Positions 35,750-46,618 of a DNA stretch of 64,000 nucleotides are shown one piece after another. Numbering within the stretch: position 1 is the first letter of the stretch; every line of letters starts with the position of its first letter. The notes beneath the pieces were generated by a model. It searched no databases, was not told the origin of the DNA, and was given only the letters and a program-made list of their open reading frames with translations. Source of the DNA: an uncultured Planctomycetaceae bacterium (GTDB taxonomy: Bacteria > Planctomycetota > Planctomycetia > Planctomycetales > Planctomycetaceae); the NCBI GenBank assembly GCA_963813715.1, contig CAWFAK010000007.1, positions 480,001-544,000 of the forward strand. Reading direction: 5' to 3'. The translations under genes were made by a program, and so were the position numbers.

Positions 35750-36637
35750 ATGATTCGCGGTCCGGCGATCGAGAAGCGTGCGATCCGCCTGTCGAACGAC
35801 CTGGCGACGCCTTTCTATCGACTCTTCTGGGGTCGCCATATCCACCACGGATTGTGGAACGCGACGGAGAGTCCAGCTGATGCCCAGTCGAACCTGATGG
35901 AAGCCGTAATCCGCGAGGCGCATGTCCGCGGCGGCGAGCGGGTGCTCGACATCGGTTGCGGCATCGGTGCGTCCGCCGTGCATCTCGCCCGAGAATGTGG
36001 CTGCCGGGTTACGGGCGTCACGATCAGTCGCGTCCAACAGCAATGGGCAACGCTGGCTGCCCTGTTCTCCGGAGTCGGGCCGCAGACTCGTTTCCTGGCG
36101 GCTGACGCCGAAACCGTCGAGCTTCCGCAGGGCGGGTTTGACCTGATCTGGATCATCGAGTGCACTGAGTACCTGTTCGATAAGGCTGCGTTCGTTCATC
36201 GCTTGGGAGAATGGCTACGGCCCGGCGGACGCGCCGTGATCTGCGTCTGGGAGACCGGCGACGGCCCGCTTAGCGAAGAGGCAGAGCGCCACGTCTATGA
36301 CGTCTGTGCCGGCTTCGGCTACCCGTCGCTGGCCAGCGGCGAGGAGTATCGTCGCTGGTTCCTCGAGGCCGGCCTCGAAATCGACCACTGCAGCGACTGG
36401 ACGGCGAAAGTCAGCCGGACTTGGGAGATCTCATGGCACGACGCGCAGCATTCGCGAGTGCACTGGTTCGCGCGGCTCATCGGTCGCCAACGATTCACCT
36501 TCTGGGATCATTACCTGGCCATCCTGACCGCTTACCGAACGGGTGCCATGAAATACGAATGCTGGACGCTGTCCAAGCCCATCGCTCCCAGCCCAGCTCG
36601 AGATTCGCAGACACAACCCGCTCCCGTGGCCAATTGA
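35750..36637 (+). CDS. Class I SAM methyltransferase (tocopherol/sterol MT-like)
   Basis: WGRHIHHGLW, VLDIGCGIG, GVTIS, LRPGG. Confidence 0.88.
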   Translation: MIRGPAIEKRAIRLSNDLATPFYRLFWGRHIHHGLWNATESPADAQSNLMEAVIREAHVRGGERVLDIGCGIGASAVHLARECGCRVTGVTISRVQQQWATLAALFSGVGPQTRFLAADAETVELPQGGFDLIWIIECTEYLFDKAAFVHRLGEWLRPGGRAVICVWETGDGPLSEEAERHVYDVCAGFGYPSLASGEEYRRWFLEAGLEIDHCSDWTAKVSRTWEISWHDAQHSRVHWFARLIGRQRFTFWDHYLAILTAYRTGAMKYECWTLSKPIAPSPARDSQTQPAPVAN

Positions 36638-37034
36638 GCCACCGCTCGCGCCGATTCGCTGAGTCGTCCGTGGCCGTCCTGATCCAAACGACCCAGTGCC
36701 GTACCGTGTTTCCCGGATTTGACGGTTAGAGCGAACTCGCCGGCGCCTTTGTCCGTGCGGGGCGGCCAAACTTTGGCGCTGTTTTTGCGGTTGCCGCTCT
36801 GCAACGTGTCGATCAGAACGGCGCACTCCCCCGCCGTCACGAACGGCACTCCGCCTTTGACCAAATTCTGCGCGAATCGATGTGAAAAAACTGGAGAAGA
36901 TGGTAGGTTTACACACGACCTTGCGGGCAGCGACCGGCGCCACGAGCCGCTAGCTTTGACGAGCCTCTTGAGACTCTGCTGACCGCAATTCCGGTCTAGG
37001 GACCGCGTCCTGGCATCCTAAGGAAGCTGACTCA

Positions 37035-38381
37035 ATGCAGACCCTGAATAGCACCCCGAGTCTTTCGACGGCCAAAAGCGAGCAAGTGCTTCAGCGAGGC
37101 AAGCAATCGATCGCCGGTGGCGATAGCAGCACGATGCGCGTGCTCCCGTATCACCTGCCGCTGGTGGCCGCCCGTGGCCAGGGATCGCGAGTCTGGGACG
37201 TCGACGGCAACGAATACATTGACCTGAACATGGCCTACGGACCGCTGGTTTTGGGCCACTGCCCCGAGCCCGTCATCCGCGCCGTAACCGATCAAATCAC
37301 GAACCGCGGCAGCCAGCTCGGCTTTCCGACGGAAGTCACGATCCGCGTCGCCGAGAAGATCAAGAAGCTCTTCCCGAGCATGGAGCTGATGCGGTTTGCC
37401 AACTCGGGGACCGAGGCCTGCGTGTCGGCCGCCCGCCTGGCGCGGGCCTGGACCGGCCGTCCCAAATTGATCCAATTTGAAGGCCATTACCACGGCTGGA
37501 GCGACACGCTCTTCAATCGTTATCACGCACCGCTGGAAGACCTGCCCACCGGTCCCTACGGCCCGTCGATTCCGGGAACGCAGGGCATGAATGGCGGCCC
37601 GCACGAGAACCTGGTCGTCCGCTGGAACGACGTCGACGGCCTCGAACAGTGCCTCGAAGACCATCGCGGCCAAATCGCCGGCGTGATCATGGAGCCGGTG
37701 ATGGGTAACGCGGGAACCATCCCGCCGCAGCCCGGCTATCTGGAGGCGGTCCGCGCTCTGACGAAGGACCACGAAGCCCTCTTGATCTTCGACGAAGTGA
37801 TCACCGGCATGCGTGTGGCCGCGGGCGGCGCCCAGGAGCTGTACGACATTCAGCCGGACGTCACCGTCATCTCCAAGGGGCTGGGCGGCGGCTATCCGGT
37901 CGCGGCGTTCGGTGCCTCGAAAGAGATCATGCAACTCATCGTGGACGGCAAGATGTTCCACGGCGGAGTTTATTCGGGCAACGCCGTCGTCATGTCGGCC
38001 TCGGAAGTCGTGCTGGACGAGATCATCGCCCATCGCCGCGAGTTCTACGACAAGCTCAACCAGTTCGGGAACGAGCTGACCTCGGGGATGTCGCGAATTC
38101 TGTCCAGCGCGGGCATTCCGCACCTGACGCAGCACGTCGGCCCGATGATTTCGATCTTCCTGACCGACGGGCAGGTCGATTCGCTCAACAACTATCGGGA
38201 AGTCCGCCAGCACTGCGACTTCGCCAAGTACATCCGCCTGCAGCATCTGATGCAGCGTGCGGGCGTCTACTTCCACCCGAACCAATTCGAGCCGCTGTTC
38301 CTTTGCGTCGCGCATTCCAGCGAAGACCTGGCTATCGTATTGGAGAGGTTCGAGCAGGCCGTCGCCGCGCTGCGAGCGTAA
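37035..38381 (+). CDS. Class III PLP aminotransferase, glutamate-1-semialdehyde aminomutase-like
   Basis: NSGTEA, FEGHYHG, FDEVITG, SKGLGGG; N-terminal GGDSSTMR differs from canonical HemL. Confidence 0.88.
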   Translation: MQTLNSTPSLSTAKSEQVLQRGKQSIAGGDSSTMRVLPYHLPLVAARGQGSRVWDVDGNEYIDLNMAYGPLVLGHCPEPVIRAVTDQITNRGSQLGFPTEVTIRVAEKIKKLFPSMELMRFANSGTEACVSAARLARAWTGRPKLIQFEGHYHGWSDTLFNRYHAPLEDLPTGPYGPSIPGTQGMNGGPHENLVVRWNDVDGLEQCLEDHRGQIAGVIMEPVMGNAGTIPPQPGYLEAVRALTKDHEALLIFDEVITGMRVAAGGAQELYDIQPDVTVISKGLGGGYPVAAFGASKEIMQLIVDGKMFHGGVYSGNAVVMSASEVVLDEIIAHRREFYDKLNQFGNELTSGMSRILSSAGIPHLTQHVGPMISIFLTDGQVDSLNNYREVRQHCDFAKYIRLQHLMQRAGVYFHPNQFEPLFLCVAHSSEDLAIVLERFEQAVAALRA

Positions 38382-38582
38382 CGAGGGACCCTGCCGCGTT
38401 TGTCGACATCCCCTTCGACATGAACTGACGAACTGCCCGGCGGTCCCGAAACAGCCGCACCGATTTCAGGGGCCATGCGCCCGGCCGACTGCTCGGAGCG
38501 ATCGGTCGGCTCGCTTTGCCCTTTGACCCGAGCCCAGGATCTCAATCTCCGCCTCCGCGCTCGAGTGAGATGTCGCCGATCC

Positions 38583-40094
38583 ATGGAAGTCGAACTGCAA
38601 GAGGATGGAGTCGCCTTGGCGGCGGCACAGACCCCCAAACCTCGTACCTTCGAGGCGTGGTTGGGCCAATCGGGGGACCCCACTCCGCTTCCGCGAACGG
38701 ACCATCGCCGTCCCGTGTTGGTAGTCGGAGCGGGGCCGGCCGGGCTGGCCGCGATGGCAGCCTTGCAGCAGGCGGGCGTCGAGTTCGAGGGACTGGAATT
38801 CCACAGCCAGGTCGGCGGAATCTGGGACCAGTCGAATCCGCTCAGTAGCGTCTACGACAGCCTGACGACCAACACGTCCCGCTACACGATGCACCTCGGC
38901 TCGGCCATGCCGAGCAGTTGGCCCGACTACCCGCATCATCGGCAGGCACACGGCTATCTGGAGCGGTTCGCCGAAGAGTCCGGCATCCTGCCGCGCATTC
39001 GATTCCTGACGTCCTTCGAAGGCGCCAGACAGTCGGACCACCACACGTGGATTGCCGCTCTGCGGTCGGTTGGCGAACACCAGAGCCATGCCCGGGAGTA
39101 TCGCGCGATCCTGATCGCGACCGGCATGCACAACAAGAAGAACCGGATCTATCCCGAGCCACTCCGCTCACAAGCCGTCGCAAGCGGCCTCGATGTCATT
39201 CATGCGAGTGAGTACCGCAATCCTGCCGGATATGTCGGTAAGCGAGTGCTGGTGGTGGGCCTCGGCGTCTCGGGGACTGATATCGCCAGCGAGATCAGCC
39301 GCGTCGCCTCCCGCACGATGCTCTCCTTCCGCTCGGTGCCGTGGATCGTGCCGCTGAACCTCTTCGGTCGACCGGGAGACCTCGCCGCGCTCAGCAGCAC
39401 CTCGCGGCTTCCGTTCCGGGTGCAGCGCGACTTCTTCCGCATGGTCCGCGCGATGACGGTCGGCGACCCTCGCCGTCTGGGCTTGCCCTTGCCGACGGAC
39501 GGCCTCTGGGACCGCTTCGCTCTTTCCGATCGCGGGATTGTGGAAGCGCTCAGGACCAAACGAGTCGTGGCCTACCAGAACGCAATCGCGATCGAGAATG
39601 GCGTCGCGCAGTTTGACGACGGCCATTCCGAACCGATCGACGCGGTCGTATTTGCCACGGGCTACGAACGAAAATACCCGCTTTGGGATGCGACCACTCC
39701 GCGGGGAAAAACTCTCTCGGAAACACTCCCGTTCTTGATCTTTGACTCGACTGATCCATCGCGAGCCTGTCTTTCCGAGGCGATTTCTCCCTGCGGATGC
39801 TGGCCCATCTTTCGCGAACAGGGACGCGCGATCGCCGCATTTTTTGCCGCCGAACAGGCCGACGCAACGAGCGTGTTGGATTTCAACGCTCGACGATCGT
39901 TGCCCTCCCCGGACGTCAAACGGAACTGGTACAAAAACGCCGACGGCTTTCACGTCAATGCCGGCGCTTATCTCCAGACACTGCAAAAGCTGACGGCGTG
40001 GCTCTCCGCGTCGCGCCGCACGGTCAGCGCCCTTCGTGCCTCATCGTCGCCGGTCGTCGCCGCTCAAGAAGGAGATCTCTCCGGACACTCATGA
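38583..40094 (+). CDS. Class B flavin-containing monooxygenase
   Basis: GAGPAG, GGIW, ATG, HASEY, GLGVSG, FATGY. Confidence 0.88.
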   Translation: MEVELQEDGVALAAAQTPKPRTFEAWLGQSGDPTPLPRTDHRRPVLVVGAGPAGLAAMAALQQAGVEFEGLEFHSQVGGIWDQSNPLSSVYDSLTTNTSRYTMHLGSAMPSSWPDYPHHRQAHGYLERFAEESGILPRIRFLTSFEGARQSDHHTWIAALRSVGEHQSHAREYRAILIATGMHNKKNRIYPEPLRSQAVASGLDVIHASEYRNPAGYVGKRVLVVGLGVSGTDIASEISRVASRTMLSFRSVPWIVPLNLFGRPGDLAALSSTSRLPFRVQRDFFRMVRAMTVGDPRRLGLPLPTDGLWDRFALSDRGIVEALRTKRVVAYQNAIAIENGVAQFDDGHSEPIDAVVFATGYERKYPLWDATTPRGKTLSETLPFLIFDSTDPSRACLSEAISPCGCWPIFREQGRAIAAFFAAEQADATSVLDFNARRSLPSPDVKRNWYKNADGFHVNAGAYLQTLQKLTAWLSASRRTVSALRASSSPVVAAQEGDLSGHS

Positions 40095-41173
40095 TCGAAA
40101 TACGGACCTTTGACGGCGATCCGGAGGAGTTGGCCGTATTTTGCACGAACGTCTGGAGGACTCGTTACCAGGGGCACATGCCCGTTTGGTTGTGGACCGG
40201 CCCATTTTTCGAATGGGAGCTCTTCTCGGACCAACCGGGGGCACGTGACTTTCTGGTCGCCGCCTACGACGGCACTCGACTTGTGGGTGCCCATCCGGCT
40301 AAGCCCGTTCACTATCACTGGCAAGGCGAAACCGTTTTCGGCACGGCCGGTGCGTATTTCTCCGTCGATCCGGCGTACCAGGACCAGGCCGTTTCGTTGA
40401 AGTTGGTGCTGGAACAGCGCCGGCGGCATCGCGAGCGCGGTGCGAAATTCGACATGGGCTACCTGATCATGGGCGCCCAAGCCGCGATGGGCAAAGAATT
40501 CTGGCTGCGACTGAAGACGATGCAAGTCGTCACCAAGCTCAGCCTCTGGACCCGCATGATCGACCATCGCGCGCTCACCGAATTTTCCGTTTCGGCCCGC
40601 GATCGCTGGGGCTCAAAGCTGATGGGACTCATGCAAGGTCGTCCCAAGCCGCCGGCCGATCCGTCCGCCATTCGTCCCTACCGTGATACCGATCTCCCCG
40701 ACTGCCTAACGTTGGCTCGTGAGCAGAGCCAGGCGGCCGAATTCGGCATTGTGTGGGACGAAGTCTCCCTCGCCCGGCAATTGGCGTTTCCAGGTGTGCC
40801 GCGGACGCTCGTCTTCGAACGAGAGGGACGCGTGCGCGGCTTCGTCAACTTCTCGAAGCAACCGTTCTGGGGTCGCCGCGAGATCCTGGTCGGAATGATC
40901 GATCTGTTATGCGTTCAGCAGCTCAACGCCCGGCAGACGCGCGACCTGTTGAGAGCCGCGTTGGTCGAAATCGCGGAAGCCGGCTGCCACGTGGCCACCT
41001 TGCTGGGCGGGCGAGGGGTGCCCATTGGCTCTCTGCTGCGGACCGGCTTTATCGAGGAGCTGCCACCAGATTATCTTTACGTCGCGCAAGCGATGACGCC
41101 GGATGCGCCCACGCTCAAGAACCAAGCGTGTTCACGCCATCATGCGGTAGTCGGCCTCAAAAGAGCTCGCTGA
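40091..41173 (+). CDS. GNAT-like acyltransferase (probably two domains)
   Basis: VAAYDGTRLVG, SVDPAYQ, IRPYRDTDL; ATGA overlap with the FMO stop. Confidence 0.65.
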   Translation: MIEIRTFDGDPEELAVFCTNVWRTRYQGHMPVWLWTGPFFEWELFSDQPGARDFLVAAYDGTRLVGAHPAKPVHYHWQGETVFGTAGAYFSVDPAYQDQAVSLKLVLEQRRRHRERGAKFDMGYLIMGAQAAMGKEFWLRLKTMQVVTKLSLWTRMIDHRALTEFSVSARDRWGSKLMGLMQGRPKPPADPSAIRPYRDTDLPDCLTLAREQSQAAEFGIVWDEVSLARQLAFPGVPRTLVFEREGRVRGFVNFSKQPFWGRREILVGMIDLLCVQQLNARQTRDLLRAALVEIAEAGCHVATLLGGRGVPIGSLLRTGFIEELPPDYLYVAQAMTPDAPTLKNQACSRHHAVVGLKRAR

Positions 41174-42600
41174 TCGGACTTCCCTGATAGACCTGGTGCG
41201 GCCGCCCCGTTTCGTCATGCCAGGCGACCGTCTCCGGCAAGCCGAGCGATTGATAAATCGTGGCCGCCAAGTTCTCGGGAGTCTTGGGGTTGTTGGCCGG
41301 GAACGCGCCGATCTTGTCCGAGGAGCCGACGACCGCCCCGCCCCGCACTCCACCTCCGGCAAAGAACACTGTCTGGACCGCGCCCCAGTGATCGCGGCCG
41401 GGCAGCTTGTAGAACTGGGGCAGATGACTGATCCGCGGCGTGCGACCGAACTCGCCTGCCATGACGATCAACGTCGAATCGAGTAGCCCGCGATCGTGCA
41501 GATCATCCAACAGCGCCGACACCGCCTGGTCCGTTGGCGGGAACAGTTTGTCGCGCAGATGCGGGAACGCCTCGCCGTGCGTGTCCCACGTTTCGTTGTT
41601 CCCCAAATGCACTTGGACGAGGCTCACGCCGGCTTCGATCAGCCTCGCCGCCATCAAGAGCGACCAGCCAAACGAGTGACGACCGTACCGATCGAGCACC
41701 GACGGCCGGCGCGCGTTCGACGTCGAGCGCGTCGCGAATTCGCCGATCGGTCGAGCAGTCCGATCGCCCCCTGCCGAAACCGGTCGAATTCCTCGACGTC
41801 GGCACAGCGCTCGAGATCGGCCCGCTGGTGATCGACCACACGGAGCAGATCGGCCCGCCGCAGCATGCGACGTGCGACGTCAACGACTGCGGCAGCGACA
41901 GGCTCGGAGCCTCGAACCGCGTCCGCCGCGGCGTGTTCGGCCGATCCTGGTGGTCGAACTCGTACGTCGGAAACGCTCCGTAGCTGGCGTGACTGTACGG
42001 TGCCACCTCGATAAACCACGGATCGTGCCGCGACCCCATCACGCCGGCAAACTGACCCGGAATGGCCCGACGCGTCGCGTGAATCAGGCGATCGGGCAGC
42101 ACGGCCGCGGGCGGCAAATTGTTCCGACGCTGCACCAAGTCTCCCGCCACCGACGCCATCGAGGGCCAATCGGTCGGCTCCGGGGAGACGGGATTGAAGC
42201 CCCGCGGCAGATCGCTTCGCCCCGTCAGCATGATGTGGTGCCCCGCCGAATGATCATTCGACGGGTGCGTGAGCGATCGGCACAGGGCCCACAAGTGGCT
42301 CCGCTGGGCCAGCCGCGGAAGGTGCTCGCAGATCGAAAGGCCGGGCGTGCTCGTGTCGATCGGGCGAAACTCGCCGCGAATATTGGCCGGGGCCAACGGC
42401 TTCATGTCGAAGCTGTCGATCTGCGAGAGGCCGCCCGACAGAAAGATGTAAATCACTCCGCGGGCTTTGGGCTGGGCAATCGGGCTCGCGGCGGCTTGCC
42501 GCAGCGGAGCCAGGTGATTCATTCCCAGCCCCAGCAAGCTGATCGATCCGGCTTCGAGCAGCGTGCGGCGGTCCAGACGCGGATGGTGATCACCGAGCAT
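41157..42600 (-). CDS. DUF1501 domain protein (frameshifted)
   Basis: GGLSQIDSFDMKP, WDTH, GEFGRTP, GRDHW. Confidence 0.9.
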
Positions 42601-43756
42601 CAATCACCTCGAGAAGGCGGGCGCGGGGAGCGGTCCCCGGCGATGGCGGGAAACGGGCGGGCAGGCGAGCACGGGCAGGACGATCTCCGGAGATCGTAGC
42701 ATGCTCCGACGCGTTATGCCCCTCCGCGGACGACCTCAGCGGTGCGTGGGCTCTTCGATTTCTTCGCTCGCGCCGGTCGGCGCGCGCTTCTGAAAGCCCG
42801 CTCCGCCGCTTGGTGCCGCGACCCGTGATTTCTCGCCAGGCAGACTGCGCCGGCGGCGTGAAGGCGAAGAAGCAGAAGATGAGGGGCATCGCCTCGCGCA
42901 CTACGAACACGATCGCCAGCGTGAAGATGATCTGGATCAAGCGCAGCCGACTGCGATGACCGCGAAACAGCTGACTGAAGAAATGCGCGTAGCGGAATCG
43001 CGAAACCATCAACACGGCCACGGCCAACGTGATCGCGGGCAAAAGCAAGTACGTGGTCGGGACCAGCCATTCCGCCAATGCACTCCACGCGCCTTCCGTG
43101 GCGAGGGCCCGGCTCCGCAGGCCGGTCAGAGCAATGGGGAACGAAGCGATCGTCGCAGCGGCGGCCGGCGACGGCAACCCGCTGAAAAAGGTGTGCGAGT
43201 CCTCTTCGTCCGTCTCCACGTTGAATCGGGCGAGCCGCAACAACGCGCACAGCGAAAACAGGCAGGCGATCACCCACAAGAGCCGCGACGGATACTCGAA
43301 AAACGGCTGGAAACGGGCGTCGAACAGGCTCACGCCCGACGCGTCGGCCTCCATCGAGTGCAACAGACGCAACATCAGGAAGGCGGGGGCCACGCCGAAA
43401 CTGATGGCGTCGCACAGGCTGTCGAGTTGGGCGCCGAAATCGCTCGTCTGCCGCGCCAGTCGGGCGACGCTGCCGTCCAGCATGTCGAAGAGCATCGCCA
43501 GAAAAATCAAAAACGCGGAGATGAACAGAAAATGCTCGCCGGCCGGATCGGGGCCGACGCGGGCCGCGTACGTGATCGCGCCGAACCCGCAAGCCGCGTT
43601 GCCCAGCGTCAACAGCGTCGGCAGAACGGCGAAAACCTTGCGACGGCTGACCAGGCTGCGGCGACGGCGTCTCAGCTCCGATACCGCGCGACGATCGTCG
43701 ATCCCGCGAGGACTTTCTCGCCGACTTTCACCGAGATCTCCAGGCCGGTCTCCCAT
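42590..43756 (-). CDS. pssA: CDP-diacylglycerol--serine O-phosphatidyltransferase (true start probably near 43660)
   Basis: DMLDGSVAR..FGAQLDSLCDAISFGVAP, RLARFN, GLPSP; adjacent to psd. Confidence 0.92.
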   Translation of the reverse strand: MGDRPGDLGESRRESPRGIDDRRAVSELRRRRRSLVSRRKVFAVLPTLLTLGNAACGFGAITYAARVGPDPAGEHFLFISAFLIFLAMLFDMLDGSVARLARQTSDFGAQLDSLCDAISFGVAPAFLMLRLLHSMEADASGVSLFDARFQPFFEYPSRLLWVIACLFSLCALLRLARFNVETDEEDSHTFFSGLPSPAAAATIASFPIALTGLRSRALATEGAWSALAEWLVPTTYLLLPAITLAVAVLMVSRFRYAHFFSQLFRGHRSRLRLIQIIFTLAIVFVVREAMPLIFCFFAFTPPAQSAWREITGRGTKRRSGLSEARADRRERRNRRAHAPLRSSAEGHNASEHATISGDRPARARLPARFPPSPGTAPRARLLEVIDAR

Positions 43757-44632
43757 GGCAACACCAGTTCTGTCCGCGACCCCAACTTGATCATTCCGAA
43801 TTGTTCACCCGCATTGAGCACGTCGCCCGGTTTCAGCCAGCAGACGATGCGGCGGGCAAATTGCCCCGTGATCTGCCGGACGGTCATCCGCCGAAAGGGC
43901 GCAGACTCTTCCTCGATCCGGACAGCCAGCTGCTCGTTCTCCCGGGCCGATTCGGGCCGCAACGCGTTGAGCATCTTCCCTCGCCGGTAGCGCAGGCCGA
44001 TGACCCGCGCCCGCACCGGGCTGCGATTGATGTGCACATTGAAAATCGACAGGAAGATGCCGACGCAGATCGCCCGCCCGCCGCTGAACTCGTCGTCGGT
44101 CACCTCTTCAATGGTCACGATCTTGCCGTCGGCCGGCGCAACCACAACGCCCGCTCCGGTCGGCGCCTGCCGCCGCGGATTGCGGAAGAACCAGACCACC
44201 AGACCCGCAATCACTGCCAACGCGAGCGCCAAAAGACCAACCGTAACTCGACCACCCGTCGAGGAAATCCAGAACGCGATGCGAAACAGCAAGAGCGCCG
44301 CCGCCAGCGCGCCGCCGCCGATCACGATTAACTCCGCCAGTCCGACGCGGGCAAACGGCAGCCGATCGCGCCAGGTAAACGGATCATCCTGCGGCTCCCA
44401 ATAGTAGCCGCCCTGATTGCGGTGGAACTTGAGGTCGCGCGGATCGAGCACTTCGTGGGGGCAAGGATTGTAAGAGCCGCGACGCGTCTGCAGCATCCGC
44501 GATCAGATAACGGGGCCGCAAGGCCTTGAGATACCACCGTCGCAGCCGCCCCCAGTTCTGCTCCAGACGAATCACCACCCCGCCACCCGGCTGGATGTTG
44601 CGGATCTGCGGATCCATCGGCTCGAGGGGCAA
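43672..44632 (-). CDS. psd: Phosphatidylserine decarboxylase with N-terminal extension (frameshift near 44495)
   Basis: FFRNP, APADG, HINRSP, ARRIVC, LGSRTE cleavage motif. Confidence 0.92.
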
Positions 44633-45092
44633 CCGCCGCCGATGACGGTGGGCGAGCGATCACACGGCGCGGTCGCGACGACGGCGCCACACGCGGGCAC
44701 CGAAGACGCTGGCAGCACGATGGCGCATGACGTGCAACGACGGCGCGGACAGCGGCGTGGCCGTCTGAGAATCGCTATCGAGTGCAGGCTGGTCGGAAGT
44801 CATCACTGCTCACCGAACCGTTCACCGGGCCTCTTACTGGGCCGCCGGATGGTGGAAATACGAACTCCATCGCGGGGTCGGGCAGCCGCCGAAAGCTCGG
44901 CAATCAATCCGCCCAAAGCAAGAAGTCCATTATAGTTCGGTTCACTTGGCGAAAGAAACGAGGGCCGGCGATTGATCCATGTCGCGAAAGTTGGCGTTTT
45001 TCCAGCGGGTTGACCGTGCCGTCGGCAGTCGAGCATGATGATTCTGCCGGCAGAGGCTGTGGATCGGGGACTGCGAAGGAGGGCCGCGACTC

Positions 45093-46049
45093 ATGCAACG
45101 ATTCCGCAACATCCTTGTGGGAATCGACCTGGCGAACGCCGATCATCTCGCAGAATTCGAGCTGACGCCGCCGAACGAAGAGGCGCTGCGGCGGGCGATC
45201 TGGCTGGCCGCCCATACCGGCGGCCGGCTGACCATCTTTGCGGCTCTTGATATCGCGGAGCCGGCCCGCACCATGCTGCAGCAAGAGCTGGAGCATACCG
45301 AAGGCAACCTCGAACGACAGGCCGGCGAGATCCTCGAACGGTTCGTCGTCCGGGCCAAGTCCCAAGGTGTCGAAGCCGTGCAGCGGCTAGGCTTCGGCAG
45401 CCCGTGGCAGGAAATCTGTCGCCAGGTGCTCGTCGAGAATCACGACCTGGTCGTGATCGGCACCCGCGATCTGGGGCAAATCAGCCGCATTTTGTTCGGC
45501 TCGACCGGCGTCAAGCTGTTGCGCTACTGCCCCTGCCCTGTCTGGATTACGCGGCCCGATCCCAACTGGGACGATCTCAACATCCTCGTCCCCAGCGATC
45601 TCAGCGACGTCAGCCAAGACGCGCTCCGCATCGCGGTCAACGGCGGCCAACTCGTCGACACGCGGCTGCACCTGCTCCATGCCGTCGAGGGCATGATCGC
45701 TCCGCCCGCCTGGTTCGGCAAAACGCAACGGAAAATGGTGAACGACTTCCTCTGTCAGGAACGAGCCGAAGCCACCCGCCGACTGCACGAACAGCTTTCG
45801 CTGACGGACTATCGCACCTTGCCCCACGGCGTGCAGGTGCATGTCGTCGACGGACCTCCCGACGAAGCCATCCTCAAGGCGATCGACGATTTTCAAATCG
45901 ACCTCGTCGTGATGGGGACGGCCGGCAACGCCGGGCTCTCAGGTTTTGTCGTCGGGACGACCGCCGAACGGCTCGTCTCCCATATGAAGTGCTCGGTCAT
46001 TGCCGTCAAACCGGCGGGATTCGAGTGCCCGGTGACCCCGGAAGCATAG
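45093..46049 (+). CDS. Tandem-domain universal stress protein (UspE-like)
   Basis: Two USP domains: DLVVIGT..CPCPVW and DLVVMGT..GTTAE. Confidence 0.9.
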   Translation: MQRFRNILVGIDLANADHLAEFELTPPNEEALRRAIWLAAHTGGRLTIFAALDIAEPARTMLQQELEHTEGNLERQAGEILERFVVRAKSQGVEAVQRLGFGSPWQEICRQVLVENHDLVVIGTRDLGQISRILFGSTGVKLLRYCPCPVWITRPDPNWDDLNILVPSDLSDVSQDALRIAVNGGQLVDTRLHLLHAVEGMIAPPAWFGKTQRKMVNDFLCQERAEATRRLHEQLSLTDYRTLPHGVQVHVVDGPPDEAILKAIDDFQIDLVVMGTAGNAGLSGFVVGTTAERLVSHMKCSVIAVKPAGFECPVTPEA

Positions 46050-46433
46050 TCCGAGCGCGTAAACGGGGAGTTTTGAGCTCGACTGCCGGCCGCCATAACC
46101 CTCAGTCGCCATTAGGGATGAGGCGACACGGCTGCCGGTGATCGGCCGGCTCCAAGCATCGTGCGAAACCTCTCGGCATCCCGTGGATCGGGGCTTTCCT
46201 GATTGCCCGAAAATTCTGCAGATCTGTGAGAAGCCGCACAGAGGAAAAGGCGGCCGACTGCGATACTTCAACTGATACGCTGACGCGTATTCGGCAAACC
46301 AGACACCTTCTCGATCGCTCGGCGGGCGGTTCGTTATTCGCACGGTCTTTACTTAAACTCATACACAAAGCCGCCTGTCGGGTGATTGTTTTTGCTCGTC
46401 GCTCTAATTCGCTAATTCATTCGCCGAATAATG

Positions 46434-46469
46434 CGGGGAAGGCAGCTCTTGGCCTTCCCCGTCTTTTTG
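46434..46469 (+). terminator. Intrinsic terminator-like hairpin
   Basis: CGGGGAAGGC-loop-GCCTTCCCCG followed by TCTTTTT. Confidence 0.5.
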
Positions 46470-46618
46470 CGCCGGGCGAGTTTCACTGCCCGGCGATCGT
46501 GGACGGGGCGCTGCGTAGAAAACTGATCTTGGGCGTGCCGCCCGCCTGTGGCAGGATGAGAAGAGAGACTGTTTCGCGATCGCTCTGCGCGCCCACGGTC
46601 TGGAGCTGACGGCCCGCC

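Noticed and set aside
37035..38381. Naming the gene hemL
   Set aside because: The substrate-binding N-terminal motif is divergent and there is no tetrapyrrole context.
44972..44985. FNR box upstream of the USP gene
   Set aside because: Only the TTGAT half-site matches.
46290..46385. c-di-GMP-I riboswitch (GGCAAACC...CAAAGCC)
   Set aside because: Spacing, the GNRA loop and the P2 pairing do not fit.
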